Shown: positions 1 to 9,099 of the stretch, piece after piece
Numbering within the stretch: the first letter of the stretch is position 1
Layout of the letters: every line of letters starts with the position of its first letter
NCBI GenBank assembly: GCA_028821605.1
Contig: JAPPFM010000056.1
Span: forward strand, 135,466 to 199,465
Source: Candidatus Poribacteria bacterium
GTDB taxonomy: Bacteria > Poribacteria > WGA-4E > WGA-3G
DNA length: 64,000 nucleotides
Direction: 5' to 3'
Translations under genes and position numbers: made by a program
Notes under the pieces: generated by a model
Databases searched by the model: none
What the model was told of the DNA's origin: nothing
The model's input: only the letters and a program-made list of their open reading frames with translations

Positions 1-1
1 C

Positions 2-2431
2 TCAAACGTAGAAACCCTTGTGACGGAGGAGTACATAAATAACCTCACCTTAGATGTATCGGGTGGGAAGATGTATTGGATAAACTCGAATCGGGACGCA
101 GGTACGTCTAAAATCCGTCGTGCCAACCTCGACGGTTCAAACGTAAAAATCCTTAGGGCGGAAGATCAGTACACAGCAGATCTTGTGTTGGATGTTTCGG
201 GCGGGAAGATGTACTGGATAGATTGGGACAGAGAGAACGACGAACCGTGGGGCGTTTTTCATCGTCGTCCTAAAATCCGTCGTGCCAACCTTGATGGCTC
301 AAATGTAGAAACTCTCAGGGCGGAGAAGGAGTTCGTCGTAGAGGCTCTTACCTTAGATATATCAAGCGGGAAGATGTATTGGCTCTCTGGCTATGATAGG
401 GACATCCATCGTGCGAACCTTGACGGATCAAACGTACAAACCCTTGTTGTGTCGGAAGCGGAGCCACATCAACTTGCCTTGGATGTTGCAGGCGGGAAGA
501 TGTACTGGATAGGCCGGGAGGGCCCGGGGTTATATAAAATCTTTCGTGCCAACCTCAACGGCTCAAATGTAGAAACCCTTGTGAAGCAAAGGTACACAAG
601 GGATGTCACCTTGGATGTCGCAGCTGGGAAGATGTATTGGATAGGTGTGGACGGAGGTGCCGATAAAATCCGTCGTGCGAATCTTGACGGATCAAACATT
701 GAGGACATTATCACAGCACCGGTAGAATACTTTGTCTTAATTCCCTCTCAAACACCGATGAACGCTCCATCGATGCCAGTGGTCTCGAAAAAACCTGAAG
801 TCGATACGCAACAGGTCCACGTCGATGCAGCCGATAGACCCCCGATGTATTGGATAAACACAACGGCAGGCACACTCCACCGGCTCGTCGATGCAGAAGT
901 GGAAAATCTCCTGCCAAGCGTCCGAAACGCTAATAGTCTCACCCTGGATGTCGTCAACGACAAGCTCTACTGGACAGAGAAGACCAGTAATACAACCGGC
1001 AGGGTTCGCCGCGCCGATCTGGATGGATCAAACGTTGCGTCGGTTCGGGAGTTCAACAACGTCCCCCTCGGTATTGCGGTTGATACATCAAATGGCAAGT
1101 TGTATGTGACCAACTCCCGTGGCAAAGTGCAGCGGTTAAACCTTGACGGGTCTAACTACGAGTGGAACTTCATCGTCAATTTGGATTCGCCGAAAGGGAT
1201 CGCTGTTGATGCTGCGGGGCGTAAAGTCTATTGGACAGAGCAGACAGGTGAGAATACTGGTAGGATTCGCCGCGCCGATCTGGATGGATCAAACGTTGCG
1301 TCGGTTCGGGAGTTCAACAACGTCCCCCTCGGTATTGCGGTTGATACATCAAATGGCAAGTTGTATGTGACCAACTCCCGTGGCAAAGTGCAGCGGTTAA
1401 ACCTTGACGGGTCTAACTACGAGTGGAACTTCATCGTCAATTTGGATTCGCCGAAAGGGATCGCTGTCGATGCTGCGGGGCAGAAGCTCTATCTCACAAG
1501 TTCTGACGGTAAAATCAGCCGTCGAAACTTGAGCGGTGGCGGTTCTCAAGTAGTCGTTGAAGGGTTAGTCAGCCCGGGGAATATAGTGCTGAACAACAGT
1601 ATCACAGCACCCGAGAAGTCCTCAACCTCGGAGACACCCGCCTCTAAAAATAAGTACGATGTGAATGGAGACGGCACGGTCAATGATGCAGATGCCAGCC
1701 TGGTCTCTGAAGCGATCAGCAACGGGTCAACGGATGCCAAATATGATGTCAACAACGATGGAAAAGTCAACTTTGATGACCTGAAACTCGTCTTGGACAA
1801 TCGGGATCGTGACCCTTACGATGTCAATGGAGATGGCACGGTCGATGACACGGACGCGAGTTTGGTCTCTGAAGCGATCAGCAACGGGTCAACCGATGCC
1901 ACATACGATGTCAACGACGATGGAAAAGTCAACTTCGATGACCTGAAACTCGTCTTAGACAATCGGGCAGAAGGGGCTGCGGGGGCACCGCTCATCGTTG
2001 GAAACCTGAAGTTGAATGCGGCACAGATTGCTCGCATTGAAGCACAGATCAATCTGCTGCTCGCAACAGGTGACCAGTCACCCGCAGCGATGCGGACGCT
2101 GGTTTACCTGCAGCAGCTCCTCACAACAGCACGTCCAGAGGAGACGCAGTTGCTTGCCAACTATCCGAATCCGTTCAACCCTGAAACTTGGATACCCTAT
2201 CAGTTGGCAGAGCCCGCCGAGGTCACGGTGTCGATCTATGCGATAGATGGGAAGTTAGTTCGGACGTTGGCGTTAGGGCACCAAGCGGCTGGCATCTATC
2301 AGTACCGGAATCGTGCGGCGTATTGGGATGGCAGAAATGATGTAGGTGAATCTGTAGCGAGTGGTGTGTATTTCTATACCCTAACCGCAGGCGATTTCAC
2401 TGCCACGCGAAAGATGCTAATTTGGAAATAG
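2..2431 (+). CDS. 5'-partial secreted YWTD (LDL-receptor class B type) beta-propeller repeat protein with two dockerin modules and a C-terminal Por_Secre_tail / FlgD-Ig-like sorting domain
   Basis: The ORF is open from the window edge (frame 2) to the stop at 2431, so the start lies upstream. It has at least 8 blades carrying KMYWI/KLYWT and RANLDGSNV motifs. Two dockerin type-I pairs follow (DVNGDGTVNDADASL / DVNNDGKVNFDDLKL). The C-terminus is NYPNPFNPETWIPYQL...SGVYFYTLTAGDF...KMLIWK. Confidence 0.75.
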   Translation, partial: SNVETLVTEEYINNLTLDVSGGKMYWINSNRDAGTSKIRRANLDGSNVKILRAEDQYTADLVLDVSGGKMYWIDWDRENDEPWGVFHRRPKIRRANLDGSNVETLRAEKEFVVEALTLDISSGKMYWLSGYDRDIHRANLDGSNVQTLVVSEAEPHQLALDVAGGKMYWIGREGPGLYKIFRANLNGSNVETLVKQRYTRDVTLDVAAGKMYWIGVDGGADKIRRANLDGSNIEDIITAPVEYFVLIPSQTPMNAPSMPVVSKKPEVDTQQVHVDAADRPPMYWINTTAGTLHRLVDAEVENLLPSVRNANSLTLDVVNDKLYWTEKTSNTTGRVRRADLDGSNVASVREFNNVPLGIAVDTSNGKLYVTNSRGKVQRLNLDGSNYEWNFIVNLDSPKGIAVDAAGRKVYWTEQTGENTGRIRRADLDGSNVASVREFNNVPLGIAVDTSNGKLYVTNSRGKVQRLNLDGSNYEWNFIVNLDSPKGIAVDAAGQKLYLTSSDGKISRRNLSGGGSQVVVEGLVSPGNIVLNNSITAPEKSSTSETPASKNKYDVNGDGTVNDADASLVSEAISNGSTDAKYDVNNDGKVNFDDLKLVLDNRDRDPYDVNGDGTVDDTDASLVSEAISNGSTDATYDVNDDGKVNFDDLKLVLDNRAEGAAGAPLIVGNLKLNAAQIARIEAQINLLLATGDQSPAAMRTLVYLQQLLTTARPEETQLLANYPNPFNPETWIPYQLAEPAEVTVSIYAIDGKLVRTLALGHQAAGIYQYRNRAAYWDGRNDVGESVASGVYFYTLTAGDFTATRKMLIWK
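1005..1490 (+). repeat. near-identical 2 x 261-bp tandem duplication (87 aa, two YWTD blades) inside the CDS
   Basis: The nucleotide string ttcgccgcgccgatctggatggatcaaacgttgcgtcggttcggg...gattcgccgaaagggatcgctgt occurs twice head to tail. The protein segment TGRVRRADLDGSNVASVREFNNVPLGIAVDTSNGKLYVTNSRGKVQRLNLDGSNYEWNFIVNLDSPKGIAVDAAG is repeated. Confidence 0.8.
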
Positions 2432-2594
2432 TATCAAATGACCTTAAGGTTTTATCCGCTTTATCCGAAAAGTCGCGAGTAGGAGTTTGCTCCTACAGCG
2501 CAGTGGCCTTCGGGGAGGGATGAAAATGAGTCGAGAGGCGCAGCCCCATATGAAGTTTAATAAAATATTTGGGTAATTCTATGTTCCCCCAGAC

Positions 2595-2623
2595 CCGGTA
2601 GGTGCGGTTTGTAACCGCACCGG
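2595..2623. terminator. GC-rich hairpin (ggtgcggtt-tgt-aaccgcacc) between convergent genes; possible bidirectional terminator, no U-tract
   Basis: Perfect 9-bp inverted repeat with a 3-nt loop, located between the stop at 2431 (+) and the stop at 2828 (-). Neither side has a T-run, so terminator function is uncertain. Confidence 0.3.
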
Positions 2624-2827
2624 ACTTCCACAAGAAATTACCCGATTAAATTCTTAATCTTCATTAGGGGCGGCATCTGTATAGGAATCGTTCTTTTGTG
2701 ATGTTCACTTTTTTACCCAACAGTTTTGCCCAAGGAGTTTTATCCCAGCCGAGTGTACCATTGGTTTACTTTCTCCCGAACGACCGTAAACCTCTCCAAA
2801 ACATAGATGCAAAGATTGATCGGTTGA

Positions 2828-3400
2828 TCAAAAATGTTCAAAATTTTTACGCAAACGAGAGCGATAGCCAGCACGTCTGAGCAGATCCGCGATAGTGGTT
2901 CTGTCGTGTTTTACCCCACCTTTAAGAAAAAACGCCTTGATTGCCCCGCCAACACCAACAGCCGCTGCAATACGAAATAACCAATCAACCAATGTTTTCT
3001 TATAAGTCGAAACGGCTGTCGTCCCTGCCACAGCGGCTTCAACATTTCGAAGCCGATCATCAATAGATTGCGTGTCTGATCGGACATCAGCAATCTGTGT
3101 CTTAACATCTGAAATCTGTGTCTTGACATCAGCAATCTGCGTTTGCATATCAGATTTGACATCAGCAATCTGTATTTGTATATCAGATTTGACATCAGTA
3201 ATCTGTGTTTGTATATCAGCAATCTGCGTTTGCATATCAGATTTGACATTAGCAATCTGCGTTTGCATATCAGATTTGACATTAGCAATCTGTGCCTTGA
3301 GTTCCGAAGACTGATTTTGTATATCAGAACGCAATAACTCAAACATCTCTTTAGTTGTTATCGTGTTATCGTTCACCTTTTTTTCTCCATTTGTCCACAA
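2828..3400 (-). CDS. coiled-coil tandem-repeat protein with a single C-proximal transmembrane helix (hypothetical; XhlA/DUF1640-like architecture)
   Basis: Translation shows seven or more 7-11-aa repeat units (QIA(N/D)VKSDMQT), then a hydrophobic helix LVDWLFRIAAAVGVGGAIKAFFL and a basic tail. The start is uncertain (MWTNG or the internal MFELL). Confidence 0.5.
   Translation of the reverse strand: MWTNGEKKVNDNTITTKEMFELLRSDIQNQSSELKAQIANVKSDMQTQIANVKSDMQTQIADIQTQITDVKSDIQIQIADVKSDMQTQIADVKTQISDVKTQIADVRSDTQSIDDRLRNVEAAVAGTTAVSTYKKTLVDWLFRIAAAVGVGGAIKAFFLKGGVKHDRTTIADLLRRAGYRSRLRKNFEHF
3060..3300. repeat. 33-bp (and truncated 21-bp) coding tandem repeats
   Basis: The unit atcagatttgacatcagcaatctg(t/c)gtttg(c/t)at is reiterated. 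Alternate-frame ORFs 2911..3342 and 3072..3314 are artifacts of this periodicity. Confidence 0.7.
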
Positions 3401-3463
3401 GCCGAAGGTTCGGAGTTTTAGACCTAAAGAAAATGTAGATCAAAAATTAGAGATGTCTAACTG

Positions 3464-4525
3464 TTAGACTTCGCCGTCCCAATAACTCAGACTCGGATCT
3501 TTACGGTAAATCTTTCCGACGACGTAAGGTAGTACTTTATTGGAATCAGGATATTCGCTTACGTCGTGTGGTGTAGTCGTACCGAGAATGAATAGCGTGA
3601 CTGGGGCATCGCTGCTATTCAAAAACTTATGTGCGCCAATTGTGCCCGGCGGAAAGGCGATGAAATCACCTTCCGTTACTTCCACATCGCCTCGTGGGGT
3701 CTTGAGTGTACAGGAGCCTTCCATCACATAGCACATCTCCTCGCCGAAGTTGTGGAAATGCATGGGGAAACTCATCTTATCCGGTTGGAGACGGATCACG
3801 CGGTATCCCAAATTTTTGCCACCGATGAGTGGATCAATGTCTTTGTCCTCGAAGTCGTAAGGATGAGGGGCGTTTTTATATTGCCACTCTATTTCATCAA
3901 TATGGATTCGGTTGATATAGATATCTCGACGCGCTTGCAGGCAATCAACGAGGTGTTGGCGTGCGTCTTTAAAGATAGAGTGACCGTCACCGACGAGAAT
4001 CGTATTGAAGCGGAGTGCTAAAATTTTGCGGAGTTCAAGTGCTGCTTTCGGCGGATCACTCAGTTTACTATCGGCAAGTAGTGTCAGTGCTCCCATCGGT
4101 TCACCCACTACGAGGTCTCCGAACAAGACGGTCTGTTTCTCTGGAAAATAAAGGGCGATTTCACCCGGACTTTTCCCGTGTCTGAGATGAATGGCGTGTA
4201 AGCCCGGCACAATCGCCTCACGGTCCTGAACCGTTCGAGTCGGTGTGATGTTCAACGCATCCGCATCGGCTTCATGCACAATCACATCGGCCCCTGTCCA
4301 TTCTTGAAACGCAGCAGCTTCGCGTTCATGATCGGCATTGGTCAGCACAATTGATTTTGCGCCGCCAAGTGCGGTCAGGTGCTCTCGATCATCCTCAGAG
4401 ATTGGGACCGGATCTATCAGAATATTTCCGTCCGAGCGCACCCACAAATGTCCGTTAAAATCTATCTGTCGCTCTGGACTAAAAACCCCCCAAGTGTATA
4501 TATCTTCAAAAATCGAACGTTTCAT
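3464..4525 (-). CDS. MBL-fold metallo-hydrolase domain fused to a C-terminal cupin domain
   Basis: The N-terminal 210 aa have the MBL-like pattern (LTNADHEREAAAFQEWTGADVIVHEADAD, HLRHGKSPGEIALYF...LFGDLV). The C-terminus carries cupin motifs HFHNFGEEMCYVMEG and PPGTIGAHKFLN. Its start codon overlaps the stop of the upstream lipoprotein gene. Confidence 0.7.
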   Translation of the reverse strand: MKRSIFEDIYTWGVFSPERQIDFNGHLWVRSDGNILIDPVPISEDDREHLTALGGAKSIVLTNADHEREAAAFQEWTGADVIVHEADADALNITPTRTVQDREAIVPGLHAIHLRHGKSPGEIALYFPEKQTVLFGDLVVGEPMGALTLLADSKLSDPPKAALELRKILALRFNTILVGDGHSIFKDARQHLVDCLQARRDIYINRIHIDEIEWQYKNAPHPYDFEDKDIDPLIGGKNLGYRVIRLQPDKMSFPMHFHNFGEEMCYVMEGSCTLKTPRGDVEVTEGDFIAFPPGTIGAHKFLNSSDAPVTLFILGTTTPHDVSEYPDSNKVLPYVVGKIYRKDPSLSYWDGEV

Positions 4526-5055
4526 TGTTGTTTACCCTTTGAAACAAGTCCGTAGACCTCAAGTTCATGTATGAAGGCTCTGCCTAACTTTATTTGCGGC
4601 ACAATTGCGCCACGCCTCGGATCATACCGACTGGCTTGTTTTTCATCATCGGTGGTGCCGCTGACGTAGATTCGGATTGCATCTGTCACAACACCACTGA
4701 CACGCATTTTAATGATTGGACTTTCGTTGTTCTGAATCTGCATAATTGCACGCCAACGTCCTTCGCCTTCCAATTTCTCGTATATCATGGCGTTTATAAT
4801 ATTAGTCCCGTTGATGGTAATCCGATGAATCGCCTTTTCTGTGGGTAAGTTTAGATGAATCCATCGTCCGTTGGTGTATCCTCTCGTCTTCACATTGCCA
4901 TCTATCATTTCAGGTGAGGTGCAAGTGACCCCTTCTGTAACGGCGTAATTGTAGAGCTCCTGCGGTTCTATCAGCATTTGCAGTGCCTTGGATTGGCACC
5001 CTGCAAGGAATGCTATTGCAAAAAACGTTATGAAAATAGAAAGGTAACGTCGCAT
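4522..5055 (-). CDS. lipoprotein of unknown function (signal peptide + lipobox LAGC)
   Basis: MRRYLSIFITFFAIAFLAGCQSK is a typical SPII signal. The ORF track extends to 5103, but the internal Met at 5055 gives the signal peptide. The stop overlaps the start of the MBL-cupin gene, so the two are translationally coupled. Confidence 0.55.
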   Translation of the reverse strand: MRRYLSIFITFFAIAFLAGCQSKALQMLIEPQELYNYAVTEGVTCTSPEMIDGNVKTRGYTNGRWIHLNLPTEKAIHRITINGTNIINAMIYEKLEGEGRWRAIMQIQNNESPIIKMRVSGVVTDAIRIYVSGTTDDEKQASRYDPRRGAIVPQIKLGRAFIHELEVYGLVSKGKQQ

Positions 5056-5342
5056 CTTTCCCTCCCGCTTGATGTTTTCACTTTTCAAGATATTATACCA
5101 CATTTCTCGGTTTCTTTAAAGCGGAATTTTACGAAAATCGTTGCTTTAAAACGGCACTCCACATATAATGCCTTATCTGTATTCATAAGTATAGTGACCT
5201 CTAAAAATAATGAGACACATTTTGGAAGACGGACGAGGAAACCTTGAAGAAACACCCAAGCAAAAACCCCCTACGAACCGTCTTCTGTTAAAGATAAAAT
5301 GTCTATTTAATTGTTGGTTTTACTATAAAAGGAGAAGACACA

Positions 5343-6380
5343 ATGTATAAAAGCGCGATATTGGGATGCCGCGGCCGTGCACGTGGACACGCACGCGCCT
5401 ACGAACACGTCAAGGGCGGGAAACTCGCCGCGATCTGCGACATGAAAGAAGACCTACTCAACGATTTCGGTGATGAATTTGGCATTGACGCTCGCTACAC
5501 CGATCTCGATGAGATGCTTTCAAAAGAAAAACCGGATCTGCTACACATCGTTACCGCACCGGTGCTACGCGGTAGCAATGAACGTATCCGCTATCCGCTA
5601 ATGAACCAGGCTTCTGAACACGGTGTACCTGCAGCAATCGTCGAAAAACCGATCGCCGTTGAAAGCGAAGATTGGCGGCAGATATCCGAGCTTGCCGAAC
5701 ATACTAAAACGAAGTTCGTTGTCAATACACAACTCAATTTCCATCCGCAGAACCTCGCCCTCAAGCGTGATGTCGCGGAAGGTAAAATCGGTGCGATTAA
5801 ATTTATTGAGGCAAGCGCGCGTAATCCTCCCGTTGACCAAGCACCACACGTCCTACAACTCGTGTCGTCCTATATTGACAACTCACAGCCCGTGAAGGTC
5901 CAAGGGCAAATTTCGGGGACAGGACAACTCGATTCTGCGCAACCCTCACCCGCAAACGCTACCGCTTTGGTTACTTACGCAAATGGCGTGCAAACCTCCG
6001 TTGCGTTCGGGCCGGAGATGGCACCACGCGTGCTTCCTGACACTGGAAATAACCGACATAAGCGCGTGTGTGTGTTCGGTGAACAAGGGTTTGTCCATTG
6101 GCGGTTTGAGAGTTGGGAACGGCATCTACCGGGAAGTGGATATGAAGGCGGCGACCTGAACTACGGCGCGCAGGATGTCATCGCCCAGGGTGGACTCACG
6201 GACGCGGTTTTTGAGTGGCTTGACGACGAAAGTAAAGTGCATCCGACACATCTCAAGCAATCTCTCGCCGAATTCAACCTGCTTTTGGGAATTTATTATA
6301 GCGGTCTGACAAACACCGTCGTTGAATTGCCGTTCGATCCACCAGATGGAATGATTGACATGTTCAGAGAACGGCTTTAG
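5343..6380 (+). CDS. Gfo/Idh/MocA family NAD(P)-dependent oxidoreductase
   Basis: N-terminal Rossmann motif ILGCRGRARGHARAY, plus the EKP motif (AAIVEKPIA). Strong SD aaaggag sits 9 nt upstream of the ATG. Confidence 0.8.
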   Translation: MYKSAILGCRGRARGHARAYEHVKGGKLAAICDMKEDLLNDFGDEFGIDARYTDLDEMLSKEKPDLLHIVTAPVLRGSNERIRYPLMNQASEHGVPAAIVEKPIAVESEDWRQISELAEHTKTKFVVNTQLNFHPQNLALKRDVAEGKIGAIKFIEASARNPPVDQAPHVLQLVSSYIDNSQPVKVQGQISGTGQLDSAQPSPANATALVTYANGVQTSVAFGPEMAPRVLPDTGNNRHKRVCVFGEQGFVHWRFESWERHLPGSGYEGGDLNYGAQDVIAQGGLTDAVFEWLDDESKVHPTHLKQSLAEFNLLLGIYYSGLTNTVVELPFDPPDGMIDMFRERL

Positions 6381-6549
6381 AGGTAGTAGGCGCGCCGTTC
6401 ACCGTTCCTTCACAGGCACCTTTCACGCATCCTAAAAGAATAGGACTTACGCAATTTTCTAATGAGTACCTTACCGACCGCACGCCGCTGGCGAGGTTTG
6501 AAACCTCGCCAGTAAAGAAAGCTGCATAAGTCCTGAAGAGATAACCCTC

Positions 6550-7701
6550 ATGAATAACATTATCTACATGGACAATCACGCCACAACACCGGTTGCACCC
6601 GAAGTGTTAGAGGCAATGCTGCCTTACCTTACCACGCATTTCGGTAACGCCTCCAGCACACACCCGTTTGGTCTTGCTGCAAAGAACGCAGTAGACCAGG
6701 CGCGCCATCAGGTCGCTGAATTACTCGGTTGTTCAGCAGAAGAGATTATCTTCACCAGTGGCGCGACCGAGTCGGACAATCTCGCTGTCAGAGGAATCGC
6801 CTACGCCTTTAAAGAAAAGGGTAACCACATCATTACAAGTGCCGCCGAGCATCACGCAATCCTTGATACCTGCCACGCTTTGGCAGCAGAAGGGTTCAAA
6901 ACGACATATCTTCCGGTGGACAAGTATGGGAGGGTAAGTCCTGACGATGTTGCAGCCGCGATAACCCCAAAGACCATTTTGATGAGTTTCATGTATGCGA
7001 ATAACGAAGTCGGCACGATAAATCCTATTACCGACATTGCCGCTGTTGCTGCCAAACATGACGTGCTTTTTCATTCAGACGCTGTGCAGGGAATCGGACA
7101 GCTGCCCTCGAATATGACGGCACTCGGCTTAGATCTCGCATCTCTGACGGCACATAAAATTTACGGTCCCAAGGGTATCGGCGCGCTTTACGTCCGGAGA
7201 AACTGTTCTCAACCGCGTTCGCTTTTCTATGGTGGTGGTCAGGAGGAGGGTGTTCGTCCGGGTACCTTGAATGTCCCCGGAATCGTCGGCTTAGGAGCAG
7301 CGTGTGAACTTTCTAAAAAATATATGGAGATGGGAAAAAGTCGTGTGGCAACCTTACGCGACGCACTCCATCAGAAATTAGGCATACACTTGGATGATCT
7401 TCACCTCAACGGGCATCCGGAACAGCGTCTGCCCGGCAATTTGAATCTTTGCTTTGCGGGTGTACAGAGCCATGCTTTGCTGATGGGGCTTAAAAGTGCA
7501 GCAGTATCAACTGGATCTGCATGTGATTCGGAGTCGGTGAAAGCATCACATGTCTTGGTTGCAATGGGGGTTCCGAACGAACTGGCGTTGACTGCTGTCC
7601 GTTTCGGTTTAGGACGCTACAACACTGCTGAAGAGGTTGGCATCGTTGCTGATGAAGTCATAAAAGTCGTCAATCGGTTGCGGGCATTGGCACCTGAATA
7701 G
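6550..7701 (+). CDS. cysteine desulfurase (IscS/NifS family, PLP-dependent class V aminotransferase)
   Basis: Motifs YMDNHATTPVAPEVLEAM, SAHKIYGPKGIGALYVRR (PLP lysine) and the active-site loop STGSACDSE. Length 383 aa. Confidence 0.85.
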   Translation: MNNIIYMDNHATTPVAPEVLEAMLPYLTTHFGNASSTHPFGLAAKNAVDQARHQVAELLGCSAEEIIFTSGATESDNLAVRGIAYAFKEKGNHIITSAAEHHAILDTCHALAAEGFKTTYLPVDKYGRVSPDDVAAAITPKTILMSFMYANNEVGTINPITDIAAVAAKHDVLFHSDAVQGIGQLPSNMTALGLDLASLTAHKIYGPKGIGALYVRRNCSQPRSLFYGGGQEEGVRPGTLNVPGIVGLGAACELSKKYMEMGKSRVATLRDALHQKLGIHLDDLHLNGHPEQRLPGNLNLCFAGVQSHALLMGLKSAAVSTGSACDSESVKASHVLVAMGVPNELALTAVRFGLGRYNTAEEVGIVADEVIKVVNRLRALAPE

Positions 7702-7726
7702 TAATGCTTTAAGTCCCTTGCTTCGG

Positions 7727-7945
7727 TTACGGATGATTTTTGGCGGCGTGTTCGGCAATCAATTCACGCACGGCAGGTACTAACTCTAAAGGAACCTCTA
7801 TCAGCACATTGGATTCATTCTGCAATGCCATTTCAGCTTCAGCGACGGCTTCATCCTCTGTTTGTTGGTCGTAGTATGCAATGACGCTCTGGACGCGTTC
7901 CTCATCCCAACCGGGTGGAAATTCATTTTGTTTTTTCATCGTCAA
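7727..7945 (-). CDS. small acidic hypothetical protein (antitoxin-like WDEE...VP..LVP.VRELIA family); no partner toxin seen
   Basis: 72-aa ORF whose sequence pattern PPGWDEERVQSVIAYYDQQTEDEAVAEAE...LVPAVRELIAEHA recurs in small cyanobacterial-type proteins. Function unknown. Confidence 0.4.
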   Translation of the reverse strand: MTMKKQNEFPPGWDEERVQSVIAYYDQQTEDEAVAEAEMALQNESNVLIEVPLELVPAVRELIAEHAAKNHP

Positions 7946-8130
7946 CCTTTCCTTACTATTTCATTGCTAAATCAAAATGATTATAGCGTAAATCGGATTA
8001 AGCTGCCAAGAGTATTTTTCTACAGAAACATCCTTCTGATCGTGACACTCTTACTTCTCGCTGGCAGGTCTCCTACCTCCCCTTTTCTCATGTTTACAGG
8101 TGTATAAAGTTCTGGCATTCGGTATAATCG

Positions 8131-8358
8131 TAGGTTGGGTTGAGCGGTAAACCCTCATGAACCGCACATTTTACAGAGAATGTCTATTGCAAGCAACGAG
8201 AATCGTATAGAAATAAGAATAGCGAAACCCAACACGCCAAATACGATAGCAGATATGTTGGGTTTCACTTCTGTTCTGGTGTTTTCAGGTGGTTGGTTGT
8301 ATCTGAAGATTATCGCTTCTATGAGGTCTTCAGTAAGGTCCCGTTCAACCCAACCTAC
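8131..8358 (+). ncRNA. candidate structured sRNA (rod-like, 6S-like closing stem) or MITE
   Basis: 18-nt arms gtaggttgggttgagcgg (8131-8148) and ccgttcaacccaacctac (8341-8358) are inverted repeats enclosing about 190 nt. An internal hairpin gaaacccaaca...tgttgggtttc is present. A TATAAT box lies at 8123-8128 just upstream of the 5' arm, and a U-rich run gggattttg follows the 3' arm. The overlapping ORFs 7862..8107 and 8180..8368 have no protein-like features. Confidence 0.3.
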
Positions 8359-8454
8359 GGGATTTTGACAAAATATTTATACATCCGTGCTGATGGAGTT
8401 GTTGAAATTTTCCTGATAATGTGTTACACTTTTATCACGTAGTCTAAGCATCGA

Positions 8455-9099
8455 GTGAAGGAAAAACGTATGTCATCTATTGCAGCCCGAACCTACCTAA
8501 CCCCAGAAGAATATATCGTTGCCGAACGCAAGGCGACACTCAAAAGCGAATATCTGAGCGGCGAGATCGTCGCAATGTCGGGGGCAAGTGATACACATAA
8601 TCTTATCACGATGAATACGTCAAATGCCCTTTACAATCAATTGGCAGACCGAGGATGCAGAGTCTACGCCAGCGATATGCGCGTCGGAATTAGCGCAGGA
8701 GTTTCCTACTTCTATCTGGATATTGCCGTTACTTGTGATAAACCCCGCTTCGAGGATGACGTTTTCGATACACGCATCAATCCACAGGTTATTATTGAAG
8801 TGCTTTCTGATTCAACCTTAGGCTATGATCAAGGCGAAAAATTCATACGCTATCGGCGACTGGAATCACTTCAAGAATACATCCTTATTTCACAAGATCA
8901 GGTTCAAGTCGATCACTATCTCCGTCAAGGCAAACAATGGGTGCTTACTGAATTCAGCGCACTTGAGGATGTGTTACGGCTTGTTTCAATTGGTGCAGAA
9001 CTCCCCTTGCATCAGGTTTACAGATTCATCGATCTGGAAACCGATGATGCCCTTCAAACCACCCATACCGTCTCAAAAAGGGACTCTATTTCATGCTGA
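8455..9099 (+). CDS. Uma2 family (DUF820) putative restriction-endonuclease-like protein
   Basis: Uma2 hallmarks: YLTPEEYIVAERKA...SEYLSGEIVAMSGASDTHN, CRVYASDMRV, YFYLDIAV, PQVIIEVLSDST. Confidence 0.75.
   Translation: MKEKRMSSIAARTYLTPEEYIVAERKATLKSEYLSGEIVAMSGASDTHNLITMNTSNALYNQLADRGCRVYASDMRVGISAGVSYFYLDIAVTCDKPRFEDDVFDTRINPQVIIEVLSDSTLGYDQGEKFIRYRRLESLQEYILISQDQVQVDHYLRQGKQWVLTEFSALEDVLRLVSIGAELPLHQVYRFIDLETDDALQTTHTVSKRDSISC

Noticed and set aside
3060-3300. CRISPR array (33-bp repeats)
   Set aside because: The repeats are directly tandem with no interspersed unique spacers and are coding. Nothing cas-like is nearby.
2911-3342. 143-aa and 80-aa ORFs in alternate frames over the 33-bp repeats (2911..3342 -, 3072..3314 +)
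   Set aside because: Open frames are generated by repeat periodicity. Translations are Leu/Cys-Ile low-complexity strings, whereas the chosen frame gives a coiled-coil protein with a TM anchor.
7862-8368. ORFs 7862..8107 (81 aa) and 8180..8368 (62 aa) as genes
   Set aside because: They have no RBS, and are hydrophobic or low-complexity. The region is better explained by the long inverted-repeat structured element.
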